Source: a candidate division WOR-3 bacterium
GTDB lineage: Bacteria; Hydrothermota; Tepidihabitantia; SM23-42; JAOAFX01
Length of the DNA stretch: 33,390 nucleotides
Assembly (NCBI GenBank): GCA_039802265.1
Contig: JBDRWI010000022.1
Coordinates: 1-33,390, forward strand
Direction: 5' to 3'
Positions 20,373 through 29,315 of this stretch are shown here, piece by piece; positions within the stretch are counted from its first letter, which is position 1; the number at the start of each line of letters is the position of its first letter. The notes beneath the pieces were generated by a model, which searched no databases, had not been told where the DNA came from, and was given only the letters and a program-made list of their open reading frames with translations. Position numbers and translations under genes: made by a program.

Positions 20373-23300
20373 TCAGAATCTTATCCGGTATTGGTACTGC
20401 AGCCGATATTCACCGGTTTCATCCCGCTTTATCATAATTTCATTGCGGTCATCAATAAAGTATTCAACATTGAACTCATTGGAGAAGGAGGTAATGTCAT
20501 AGGTATAGGTAACAAAGAGATTCCTTGATACATACTTACCAACGGTCAATTTTGTCTTCTCCTCGGGTTCAAACAGAGGTGCCTCAATCCGAAAGTAGTC
20601 AAGTCCGGTATAGGTCCTGAGCCTTCTTGAGACATCGCTCTCAAGCCAGGCCAAAAGGCTCTGGGGCAGGACCTTACCCATGTATTCACCCTGCTTCATT
20701 GACTCAAGTTCCCGCCAGGTGATGTTCAGGTTTAAATAAGTAAGGATATCCTGCTCACTGTAGATTGGCGGTTCAGAAAAGAATTCAAAGATTGGTTCGC
20801 CGATCTTACCAAAGCAGTGCAGGATGATCTTTATCTCCTGATTTGTTGTCGGGTCTTTTTCCTTGGTGTTTAGTTCAGCCCAGAAGTCCAGTTCCGGATT
20901 AATCGTTTCTTCCGGGATGAAATTTACCTTTCCGGTGGTGATCTTCAATATATGATTGAGCCAGTAAAAATTGCCACGCCGGGTTTCTAAGTTACCCACA
21001 ACATAGACCGGCCCCTGCTCTTTGATTATATACGCCTCACCACCAAACTCAATATCTGCATCACGGTTGCGCAACCAGATATTACGCTCACCATTCAGTT
21101 TTAGATTCATACGCCATTCGCCAGTTTTGGTTGCATTTTCCTCTTCAAATCGGGTGCCGAATTCAACCGGAACAACCCCCTCTTTAATCACAATATTCCC
21201 ATTATAGGAAGTAATACCATCTTTTATTACTAAAGAAAAATTGCCGCTGCCAATTCCATAGGCAAAGGATTGATACTGCAGTGGTGCATCCTTAAAACTA
21301 AAGTCAAAAGAGAGTTTTTTTACCTGTAATCCTTTTTCTAATTTAATGATTCCTCCCCCCCAGATATTCGGCTGGACCGTTTTTGTGGTAATACCCTCCC
21401 TGCTGACACAACCAATACCCGATTCAAACAGAATCCGGTCCTCCAAGAATTTTACCTGGCAAAAGACAGAGTCAAATCTTGATGAAAGCGTGGGAATAGT
21501 AAAACTCCCTTGGGTTATTTCACCTTCGCCGCTGAACTTATATTCCTCAAGATTGCCGACAAATTTGATGCTCCCCTCCATCAAACAGTCCGGGTCCTTC
21601 ATAAAACTCTTCAAGAATGGAAATACCCAGGGCCGTAACTTCTCAAATCTTACATTCAGATTTGAATTTTCAAGGGAGAGTTTTCCCTCGGCATTGAGAT
21701 ACTGCCCAATATCATCGGAGATGGTCAGATTATTTAAGAGGATATTATTCCTTTCGTATTCTGCCTCCAGTTTGACCTTTCCATTCTTGAGGCCGGAAAA
21801 GTTGACATTTACTGCCTCAAGGAGGATTTTATTATCCTTTAGGATAAATTCAATAACTCCACTTAGCGAATCTCTTATTTCCAATAATTCACTTAACTTC
21901 CCAAGTTGGCCACCGGTGTAAGTCAGAGAAAGAGGGATAATTGAACCACTTAAAATTCCATCAGCAATTAGGAATTCTATCCTGCCAATATTTTTGTGAA
22001 ATATATCAAAGGTTATCGGAATTTCATTTTTGACCACAAATGTATTACGGGTAAACAAAAGTGATTCTACTACACCCAAACCACCGGGTTCAATCCTACC
22101 TTCTATCTTTAAATTATTTTCTTTTTCCCTAACCATCAAAGAAAACTTCTCTTTTGAAACCTTCATTTGAATACTATCCAAAGAAAGATTCCGGTAAGAC
22201 GCCTTTTTGACATCCAGCATCAGAGAATCCAGTTTATATTTGAATAAGAAATTGCGGGTATATATGTTACACTTCTGGATTTGAAAATCGGAGTAAGTAA
22301 ATGAATTGATGGATAATCGGGCATTGATCAAGAGTTTGGATAAATTATATTCATTGCCCTGCAGGTTAACCAACCCGGAGCAGTTACCATCTATCGGCAG
22401 GTACGGAGCAAGTTTTTTTAGATTGAATCTGTTGCATATTACGGTGAGGCTACACTCTGGATATACATTACCCTGGATAAAAAGGGTGTCGCGAATAATA
22501 ACTGAATCAAGGAAGATGTGTCCCTTAGAATAACTTCCTGAAATCTTAAGTGAATCTATATCCAGACCCGCAATTGGTGGTGAATGTAAAACCCCAAAGA
22601 AATTTTCTTTATGATAACTTAGGAATCCACTTATCAGGAGTGAATTCTTCAGGTTGAGAAGTCTATTGACCGCGATATTCTTAAAACCGAGTTCCACAGT
22701 GTAGTCTTTTAGATTTACTCCCTTAACCTGTGCCGAGAATGTGCCCTCCAGTAATTTACCATCAAAGATGCTCAAAATTATTGTATCACCGAGATAATTT
22801 GTTTCAAAATTAAACTGGTCAAGGAGATATACCCCCTGTGCCTGACCCCGAATAGAGGGTTGGATTCTCTTGCCCGCAAGTTTTATTTCACCACTAAACG
22901 AAAACTTCCCTTTAAATCTACCCAATTCATCAAGGTTTATAAAACTACTGTCAATGCTTAAAGAAAGATATTGATTGAGCGGTTCATAAAAACCCTGGGC
23001 ACCAAATAGAAATCCCTTTCCTTTTACCCTTCCCGATTTCAACTGGATTCTTTTGGGGTCTATATTCAAGGCAAGATTGGCGGAGGTGACCTTCAATTGA
23101 TAATCAGGGGCATAAAACGAAAGATTCATTGTGGTCAGGTACATATTTGTCCCTAAGAAGTCAATGAATAGGAGTCCGGAGATATCCTCAATTGAGTATA
23201 TTTTACGGTCCTGATAGATAACCCGACCATTCTTTAAGTTTATCCGGAGGGCTAAATCTATCGTCGGGAGGTTTATCCCCGTTTTTTCGGTAATCCCTTC

Positions 23301-23612
23301 TTTCTTTCTTAGATTAATTACCGGTTCTATCAGCACAACATCAAAAAGGGTGGGCAGGCGAAAGCGGAGCGGTGAAAGGTGATAATTTATGCGGGCAATT
23401 GGACCATAAATACTATCGGTCGGCGAAAATTTTACACGATAGTTTTTAATCTGAAAACCACGGAATATGCTGCCTTCAAGTTGCTCATAGGTAATTTTTA
23501 TCTTTGCATTGCGCTGGATGATATCTATTGCCAATTTTCCCCAGTCAATAAAGAATATCAAAGTTATTAGCACCCCACCCACAATTATCAATATAAGAAA
23601 GGTTTTCCTCAT
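20373..23612 (-). CDS. tamB: TamB-like translocation/assembly module protein
   Basis: N-terminal membrane anchor, long beta-rich body, C-terminal DUF490-like region (FFSEPP.YSEQDIL.YL, LTVGKYVS..LFV.Y); directly after an Omp85 gene. Confidence 0.8.
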   Translation of the reverse strand: MRKTFLILIIVGGVLITLIFFIDWGKLAIDIIQRNAKIKITYEQLEGSIFRGFQIKNYRVKFSPTDSIYGPIARINYHLSPLRFRLPTLFDVVLIEPVINLRKKEGITEKTGINLPTIDLALRINLKNGRVIYQDRKIYSIEDISGLLFIDFLGTNMYLTTMNLSFYAPDYQLKVTSANLALNIDPKRIQLKSGRVKGKGFLFGAQGFYEPLNQYLSLSIDSSFINLDELGRFKGKFSFSGEIKLAGKRIQPSIRGQAQGVYLLDQFNFETNYLGDTIILSIFDGKLLEGTFSAQVKGVNLKDYTVELGFKNIAVNRLLNLKNSLLISGFLSYHKENFFGVLHSPPIAGLDIDSLKISGSYSKGHIFLDSVIIRDTLFIQGNVYPECSLTVICNRFNLKKLAPYLPIDGNCSGLVNLQGNEYNLSKLLINARLSINSFTYSDFQIQKCNIYTRNFLFKYKLDSLMLDVKKASYRNLSLDSIQMKVSKEKFSLMVREKENNLKIEGRIEPGGLGVVESLLFTRNTFVVKNEIPITFDIFHKNIGRIEFLIADGILSGSIIPLSLTYTGGQLGKLSELLEIRDSLSGVIEFILKDNKILLEAVNVNFSGLKNGKVKLEAEYERNNILLNNLTISDDIGQYLNAEGKLSLENSNLNVRFEKLRPWVFPFLKSFMKDPDCLMEGSIKFVGNLEEYKFSGEGEITQGSFTIPTLSSRFDSVFCQVKFLEDRILFESGIGCVSREGITTKTVQPNIWGGGIIKLEKGLQVKKLSFDFSFKDAPLQYQSFAYGIGSGNFSLVIKDGITSYNGNIVIKEGVVPVEFGTRFEEENATKTGEWRMNLKLNGERNIWLRNRDADIEFGGEAYIIKEQGPVYVVGNLETRRGNFYWLNHILKITTGKVNFIPEETINPELDFWAELNTKEKDPTTNQEIKIILHCFGKIGEPIFEFFSEPPIYSEQDILTYLNLNITWRELESMKQGEYMGKVLPQSLLAWLESDVSRRLRTYTGLDYFRIEAPLFEPEEKTKLTVGKYVSRNLFVTYTYDITSFSNEFNVEYFIDDRNEIMIKRDETGEYRLQYQYRIRF

Positions 23613-23613
23613 C

Positions 23614-25284
23614 TTAAAATATATGATACAATCCTAAATAGATACCATAACCTTTTTCCCAGAGTGGTATCCCGAGGTCTACCCTTATTGGTCCAAGCGG
23701 GGTATTATAGCGCAGTCCAAGACCGGCGCTCATTCCCAGATGATTTTTTTCTTTAAAGTCTATTCGGTTGTTCACACCAGCAGCATCCAGGAAGATAACC
23801 ATTCCTAAATTTTTTACCAAAGCAATTCGGACTTCTGAATTTAAATTGACAAGGTAGTTTCCATAGTGGTCATCTCCTATTGAGTCCGGTCCCAATGACT
23901 TCTCTTCATATCCCCTTAATGTATATTGCCCACCGACGAAATACTTTTCGTCTATTGAGACTCCATCCGTGGGAATGAGGGAACCTAATTTCAATCGTCC
24001 GGCAAGGATTATCCTTTCAAAGGGTTCAAGATAGAGGCGTATCTCATCTTCCAGTCGCAAAAAATTATTGGCACCGCCCAATATCCCGCCGGCATATTCA
24101 GTTAATAAACTGGAATATAAGCCCTTTTTGGGATTAAAGAATTCATCCCGATAGTCCAGCATCAATTGGAGCCTGATACTGTTGGTGACACCCTCAACCG
24201 TATCCGAAAGGGCAAGCTTTGGTTGATAATTAACATATCTATACTTATTGCCAATGTTTGCCTGAATATTTTCGCTGTATATCTTGGAGAGGCGAAGTTC
24301 AAAACCACGGGTACTTTTGGCAAACTCCTCCTGGTTTTCATACCAGTAAAATGGTATTATTGAGGCATTCAATTTAAATGGTGTCAGGTATGGGTAGAGA
24401 TAGTGAACTTCAAATTTCGCCTCCCATTCCCTTTTTGTGTTGATCTTAAAGGATGGTTCAATCTTTAATCTATGTCCCCGGTTAAATAGATTCAACTCCT
24501 CCAGTCCCAGCGATAATAAAAAACCCAGCGGGAATGATATCCCGGTGCCAAAGTTCAAAACCCTGGTCTTCAATTCCCTTATGGTAAAGATTAAGCTGAG
24601 GCTATCGGTGGTTTCCTTTAATAATTCTACATTTACCATACTATAAAACCCAAGACTGTATATGCGGCGCCGGCTGTTGAATAATTTCTTCTCACTATAG
24701 ATGTCACCCTTTTTGAATTCAATCTCTCTCTGCACAACCATAGGATTGGTGGACCTTAACCCCGAAATTAAGATATCTTTGATATAAAACTTATCCCCCT
24801 TTTTTACCGAAAATGCCAGGATTCCTGAATCAGGAATGATAGAAAAAGAAGCCTCGGCAAAGGCATAACCCTTTTCTTTATAAAAATTTTCAATTTTCTT
24901 TTGACTTTCTCTTATTCCTTCCTGGATAAAGAAATCTCCCAATTTTAACCTAAGCAAATCCTTAGGATAATCCTTTTGGTCATCTTCAATCCTTATCTCT
25001 TTTATCTTAGGTCTGGGACCTTCCTTGATATCAAATATTATTTCAATCCCATTGGATATTTCTCTTGTTTTTGTCTTTACCGTTGGAGAAAAGAATCCCT
25101 TATTGTAGTATGCACGAATAATCCGTTCTACATCCTGATTCAGGATGGATTCACTATATTCACCCTTTATCCTGGAGAGGATAGCCTGATTCAGTTCCCG
25201 AGAAGGGATAGATTTATTGCCGTTGTAGGTGATTTTCAAAATAGGACTGTTAAAAAGCAGAATTAAGAATAGAAATGGGGTCAA
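23614..25284 (-). CDS. tamA: Omp85-family (TamA/BamA-like) outer-membrane protein with POTRA domains
   Basis: POTRA motifs (YYNKGFF, YKEKGYAFA, IYSLGFYS), LRGYEEKSLGP, GLGLRYNTPLGPIRVD, terminal Phe. Confidence 0.85.
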   Translation of the reverse strand: MTPFLFLILLFNSPILKITYNGNKSIPSRELNQAILSRIKGEYSESILNQDVERIIRAYYNKGFFSPTVKTKTREISNGIEIIFDIKEGPRPKIKEIRIEDDQKDYPKDLLRLKLGDFFIQEGIRESQKKIENFYKEKGYAFAEASFSIIPDSGILAFSVKKGDKFYIKDILISGLRSTNPMVVQREIEFKKGDIYSEKKLFNSRRRIYSLGFYSMVNVELLKETTDSLSLIFTIRELKTRVLNFGTGISFPLGFLLSLGLEELNLFNRGHRLKIEPSFKINTKREWEAKFEVHYLYPYLTPFKLNASIIPFYWYENQEEFAKSTRGFELRLSKIYSENIQANIGNKYRYVNYQPKLALSDTVEGVTNSIRLQLMLDYRDEFFNPKKGLYSSLLTEYAGGILGGANNFLRLEDEIRLYLEPFERIILAGRLKLGSLIPTDGVSIDEKYFVGGQYTLRGYEEKSLGPDSIGDDHYGNYLVNLNSEVRIALVKNLGMVIFLDAAGVNNRIDFKEKNHLGMSAGLGLRYNTPLGPIRVDLGIPLWEKGYGIYLGLYHIF

Positions 25285-26225
25285 ACGAGAATTTTTCCCC
25301 TCTCAATCACCAGTTTCTCATCAAACCAGACCACAGGCCTTCTGATTACCCCATCAAGGTGTAATGGGGCATCATTCTTACCACCAAAGCCTAAATTATT
25401 TCCAAATGCGATATGAACCGTTCCCATTACCTTCTCATCCTCGAGGACATTACCGGTTATCCTTGCCCGGTAGTTGGTACCGATTCCCAGTTCACATAAA
25501 ATCCTTCCTGATTCCGGTGCTTTTTTGAATATCTCAGTTAGTTTATTGCTTCCCTTTATTCCGACTATCCTGCCAGCCTTAATGATAAGTTCTACCGGTT
25601 TTTTTAACAAACCGATTGGTGCAAAAGACCCATCAATGACCACCTTCCCTTCTGAATTTCCCTCAACCGGTGCACAGTATGCCTCTCCAGCCGGGAGATT
25701 TGAGAAACTTCCGGGTTCGGTGATGATACCGGTATCAGGATGGCCGGGTCTGGATTCTATATCAAGGTGGAGTTCGTAATCATCAGCGGTTTTTATTGTT
25801 ACCTTTTTCGCAGCGGTCAATAACCCTGCCATCTTTTCTGTAATCTGGGCAATCTTATGGTAGTCGGCATTGAGTGTCCTTGCCATTACACTTAGGGTTA
25901 TGCCCGGCATTGTCGCACCCCTTACACCCATCTTTGTTGCCTCAATCCTGGCCCGGGTATGGGTCAGGGAAAAACTGGTGGGTATGATAAAGGCATCACA
26001 CCTTTTCAATATCTCAGCGATGATTGGTGGTGGTTCCTTGCCGTGAATTCCGGTTGGTTCTATTTCAATAAGGATTGAGCTTGATCGGTCTGGTAATTCA
26101 TTCCATAAAGCTTCACCGATTCTTCGACAGGGGCGGTCCACAATGATAACAACCCGCTCACCCCTTTTTATACCCAGGCATTGATTGATGATAACCCTGG
26201 CTGATGACCGGATTTTTTTTACCAT
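25281..26225 (-). CDS. M29-family (thermophilic metalloprotease-like) aminopeptidase
   Basis: [30 protein letters not shown] and HLDGV motifs. Confidence 0.88.
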   Translation of the reverse strand: MVKKIRSSARVIINQCLGIKRGERVVIIVDRPCRRIGEALWNELPDRSSSILIEIEPTGIHGKEPPPIIAEILKRCDAFIIPTSFSLTHTRARIEATKMGVRGATMPGITLSVMARTLNADYHKIAQITEKMAGLLTAAKKVTIKTADDYELHLDIESRPGHPDTGIITEPGSFSNLPAGEAYCAPVEGNSEGKVVIDGSFAPIGLLKKPVELIIKAGRIVGIKGSNKLTEIFKKAPESGRILCELGIGTNYRARITGNVLEDEKVMGTVHIAFGNNLGFGGKNDAPLHLDGVIRRPVVWFDEKLVIERGKILV

Positions 26226-26689
26226 CGGAAGTGGGCAAAGGCCTTGTTTGCCTCAGCCATCTTGTGGACTTCTTCCCGTTTCTTTATTGCTGCCCCTTCA
26301 TTCTTGCTTGCCGCAATTATCTCTTGGGCAAGCCTCTGCTCCATACGATACTCGGGTCTCGCCCGGGCAGCCTGAATTATCCATTTTATTGCCAGACTCT
26401 CTTTACGGTTCGGACGCACCTCCATTGGAATCTGATATGTAGCACCACCGACCCTCCTTGGTCTCACCTCAAGAATCGGTTTTACATTATTCAATGCCCT
26501 TTCAAAGACCGCAAGCCCATCCTCTTTTGTTATCCTTTCAATCTCTTCAAGCGCCTTATAGAATATCTTCTGGGCGATGCTTTTTTTGCCATCCCACATC
26601 AGGTTATTGATAAACTTGCTCACAATGATACTATTATACTTAGGGTCGGGTTGAATCCTTCTTATCGTTGCCCTTCTTCTTCTTCCCAT
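26219..26689 (-). CDS. rpsG: 30S ribosomal protein S7
   Basis: [37 protein letters not shown]. Confidence 0.99.
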   Translation of the reverse strand: MGRRRRATIRRIQPDPKYNSIIVSKFINNLMWDGKKSIAQKIFYKALEEIERITKEDGLAVFERALNNVKPILEVRPRRVGGATYQIPMEVRPNRKESLAIKWIIQAARARPEYRMEQRLAQEIIAASKNEGAAIKKREEVHKMAEANKAFAHFRW

Positions 26690-26698
26690 ATTTACCCC

Positions 26699-27079
26699 TT
26701 AACTTGCTGCCTTTGGTCGCTTTGCCCCATAGAGGGACCGGCTCTTCCTTCTATTTTCAACGCCAGCTGCGTCATATTTACCGCGCACAACATGATACCG
26801 AACACCGGGGAGGTCCTTTACCCGGCCACCGCGCACCAGAACAATGGAATGTTCCTGAAGATTATGCCCCTCACCAGGGATATAAGCAGTTACTTCATAC
26901 CCATTGGTCATCCGCACCTTGCAGACCTTGCGCAGGGCTGAATTTGGCTTTTTGGGTGTAGTCGTATAGACCCTGGTGCAGACACCACGGCGCTGGGGAT
27001 TTCCGGTCAATGCCGGGGCACGACTCTTCTTCTTGACCTTCTTTCTTCCCAATCTCACAAGTTGATTGATTGTTGGCAT
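26699..27079 (-). CDS. rpsL: 30S ribosomal protein S12
   Basis: [42 protein letters not shown] before ATG 27079. Confidence 0.99.
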   Translation of the reverse strand: MPTINQLVRLGRKKVKKKSRAPALTGNPQRRGVCTRVYTTTPKKPNSALRKVCKVRMTNGYEVTAYIPGEGHNLQEHSIVLVRGGRVKDLPGVRYHVVRGKYDAAGVENRRKSRSLYGAKRPKAAS

Positions 27080-27095
27080 TTGCCTCCTTTTTCCT

Positions 27096-27123
27096 ATTAT
27101 ATCCAAAATCTCTTCTTTGTCAA
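27096..27123 (-). promoter_or_regulatory. rpsL operon promoter
   Basis: TTGACA (27123-27118)-N16-TATAAT (27101-27096). Confidence 0.88.
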
Positions 27124-27240
27124 CAATATCTGGTACTGACTCCTCTCCACATTTTATAGAATGCTTTCTTTAGGTTCAATAAAATCTATTCGTAAGACTG
27201 TAGTGGTAGACCTTGGTCTGCAGATATTTGAAAGCAAAAT

Positions 27241-27290
27241 GAACCCCTCACCTATATCCTCTCCCCGCAAAGCGGGGAGAGGGCAAGGGT
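27241..27290. repeat. REP-like palindrome, copy 1
   Basis: GAACCCCTCA...CCTCTCCCCGC-AAA-GCGGGGAGAGG-GCAAGGGT; a similar copy is at 29123. Confidence 0.8.
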
Positions 27291-27416
27291 GTTGTTTTTA
27301 TATTTCCCAATTGGCTGTTTAAGAGATGAAAATAATTTGAATAAAACTGGAAAGGACTCAGTATCTGGTAGGTGCAATCTCCGAATTAATTAGTCTTCTC
27401 TTTCTCTGCTCTGAGC

Positions 27417-27444
27417 TTGACTTTTTTTTTTTAGTGTATATAAT
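27417..27444 (+). promoter_or_regulatory. Promoter with a T11 tract in the spacer
   Basis: TTGACT-N16-TATAAT; T run at 27422-27432. Confidence 0.8.
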
Positions 27445-27463
27445 AGTGTACAAGGAGGTTCAT

Positions 27464-29089
27464 ATGAATAGACTCCTTATAATCACCATAATCTATTTAA
27501 CATACTTATGGGGAGTTACACTGCCTGCAAAATTGGACAAGGCAAAATACCTTAAATCAAGTCCGCTCGATAATTCCATTCATACTCCACAACCAGGTGG
27601 CTATTGCGCAATTGATTCCTGCTACGTCTATTCAATGTGGACTCAAATCCAGGAAAATCTGGCATATAATCCAAACATAGCAGGGCTTGAATTTGTCTGT
27701 GCCAACTTCGGCTCTGGTTCAAGATTGGATGTCTCACAGACCGATAACGAATTTTCATTCTCTTTGACTGACCTCTTTGTCTATCAGGTACAATTTGGTG
27801 CACCCCACTATCCTACTGCAATCGCCTCAGGGTTTGATTTGATTGGCACCGGTCCCCATATCTCTTTTGCCTATGGCTGGATGACGCAATCCGGAATGGC
27901 TGGTCAGTTTGAAATTGGAGGCTGGTGGTCATCTAACTGGGATACACCGGTGGACCTTGGACCGGGTGAGGTTGATGTCTGGTGGAACATCGGTAAACAA
28001 CTGCCCAGTGGTAATCTTATCTTTATCGGTGTTACCCGGGAGGACTATTTAGGCAATACCCGTCTCATCTACCGCACTTATTCCTCTAATCTCTCCACAA
28101 TGCTTGCTGGTGGCCAGATCCATCCTGATTTCCGCAGTTACTGGGGTTTTGATATAAATGGTGGCATTGCCTATGTTTTTTACTATGATTCCCTCTTGAA
28201 TATATACTATCGCGCAACAACCGATGGTGTAAACTGGTCGCCGGAACAGGTTTATAACATAATCTGGCCTGAGCCATTTGATTCCAATTTAGTCTTCTGG
28301 ACTCAGGCGGTAGTAATGGACAATGGTGAACCAAAACTGATCTTTGATAATATAGATTATCAAGACTATATCCAGGACAATTATCCTTTTTCCGGAAAGA
28401 TTTATGTCTCACCGGGTTCGGGACAAATCTGCCGAGAGATATCTACGGGTTTGACCAGAAATTTCTATCCCACGATTGCCTCTGGTGGAAATTATCTGGT
28501 TGGTCTCTGGCATTCCCAGACCGGACCAGGAGAGGATTCATTGGCATTCTGGAATCTCTATTACAATTATTCAACTGATGGGGGCTTGACCTGGCATACA
28601 CCCCGTAATATCACGGGTGATTTTGGTTATCGCCATGGGTTAGCAAAAATTGCCAAAAGGATTGATACCCAGAATAATCAGTTTTTTTATGTCTTCGGAC
28701 AAGATATGGTCGCGGATTTAGATCCGATATGGATGTGCTGGCGGGGCTGGCAGTATGCCCATCATGCCCGCTGGTACTGGGGCAGGCAGGCGATTACAGG
28801 AATTTCAGAAGAGAAAAAGACAAGGCAGGTAAGACTTTCTTTAAACATCGCACCCAATCCTGTAAGGGAAGATGCTGTAATTACCTATACCCTGCTGAAA
28901 TCAGGAGATATTTCTATTAAGATTTATACAATTGATGGCAGGCTGGTAAGGACAATTGATGCGGGATATCGGAATGCGGGCAGATATACATTAAATTATT
29001 CATTCAAAGACTTCAATTCCGGGATGTATATAATTCTATTTGAAAATGGTAAGGTTGGTCCAGGCAGGGCTTTTGTAGTCGCAAAATAG
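27464..29089 (+). CDS. Secreted Asp-box (BNR-like) beta-propeller protein with T9SS-type C-terminal domain
   Basis: SD AAGGAGG; signal peptide; YRATTDGVNW and YSTDGGLTW Asp-boxes; TGISEE linker, IAPNPV...IKIYTIDGRLV...SGMYII. Confidence 0.8.
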   Translation: MNRLLIITIIYLTYLWGVTLPAKLDKAKYLKSSPLDNSIHTPQPGGYCAIDSCYVYSMWTQIQENLAYNPNIAGLEFVCANFGSGSRLDVSQTDNEFSFSLTDLFVYQVQFGAPHYPTAIASGFDLIGTGPHISFAYGWMTQSGMAGQFEIGGWWSSNWDTPVDLGPGEVDVWWNIGKQLPSGNLIFIGVTREDYLGNTRLIYRTYSSNLSTMLAGGQIHPDFRSYWGFDINGGIAYVFYYDSLLNIYYRATTDGVNWSPEQVYNIIWPEPFDSNLVFWTQAVVMDNGEPKLIFDNIDYQDYIQDNYPFSGKIYVSPGSGQICREISTGLTRNFYPTIASGGNYLVGLWHSQTGPGEDSLAFWNLYYNYSTDGGLTWHTPRNITGDFGYRHGLAKIAKRIDTQNNQFFYVFGQDMVADLDPIWMCWRGWQYAHHARWYWGRQAITGISEEKKTRQVRLSLNIAPNPVREDAVITYTLLKSGDISIKIYTIDGRLVRTIDAGYRNAGRYTLNYSFKDFNSGMYIILFENGKVGPGRAFVVAK

Positions 29090-29122
29090 GTAAATCATGA
29101 TGCTTGAAATGTGGAATCTTAA

Positions 29123-29180
29123 GAACCCCTCATTTTCTATCCTCTCCCCGCTAAAACGGGGAGATGGCAAAGGTGATGGG
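29123..29180. repeat. REP-like palindrome, copy 2 (more degenerate)
   Basis: GAACCCCTCA...TATCCTCTCCCCGCTAAAACGGGGAGATGGCAAAGGTG, same orientation as copy 1. Confidence 0.75.
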
Positions 29181-29276
29181 TCCATATTGGTTTTTGACTT
29201 ATGCGCATTAGACTAAAAAACATTTAAAGAAAAGAGGCATTTTTGGCAAAAACCCCAGGCTAAATGGGAGATGGTC

Positions 29277-29304
29277 TTGACATTTAGTAAAGTGTGGCTA
29301 TAAT
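29277..29304 (+). promoter_or_regulatory. Promoter of the TonB-receptor operon
   Basis: TTGACA-N16-TATAAT followed by AGGAGG and ATG 29316. Confidence 0.85.
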
Positions 29305-29315
29305 TAGGAGGCAAA

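Noticed and set aside
26185..26961. 245-aa and shorter plus-strand ORFs
   Set aside because: Antisense shadows of rpsG/rpsL.
26699..27079. Streptomycin-resistance substitutions in RpsL
   Set aside because: PKKPNSA and RVKDLPG motifs are wild type.
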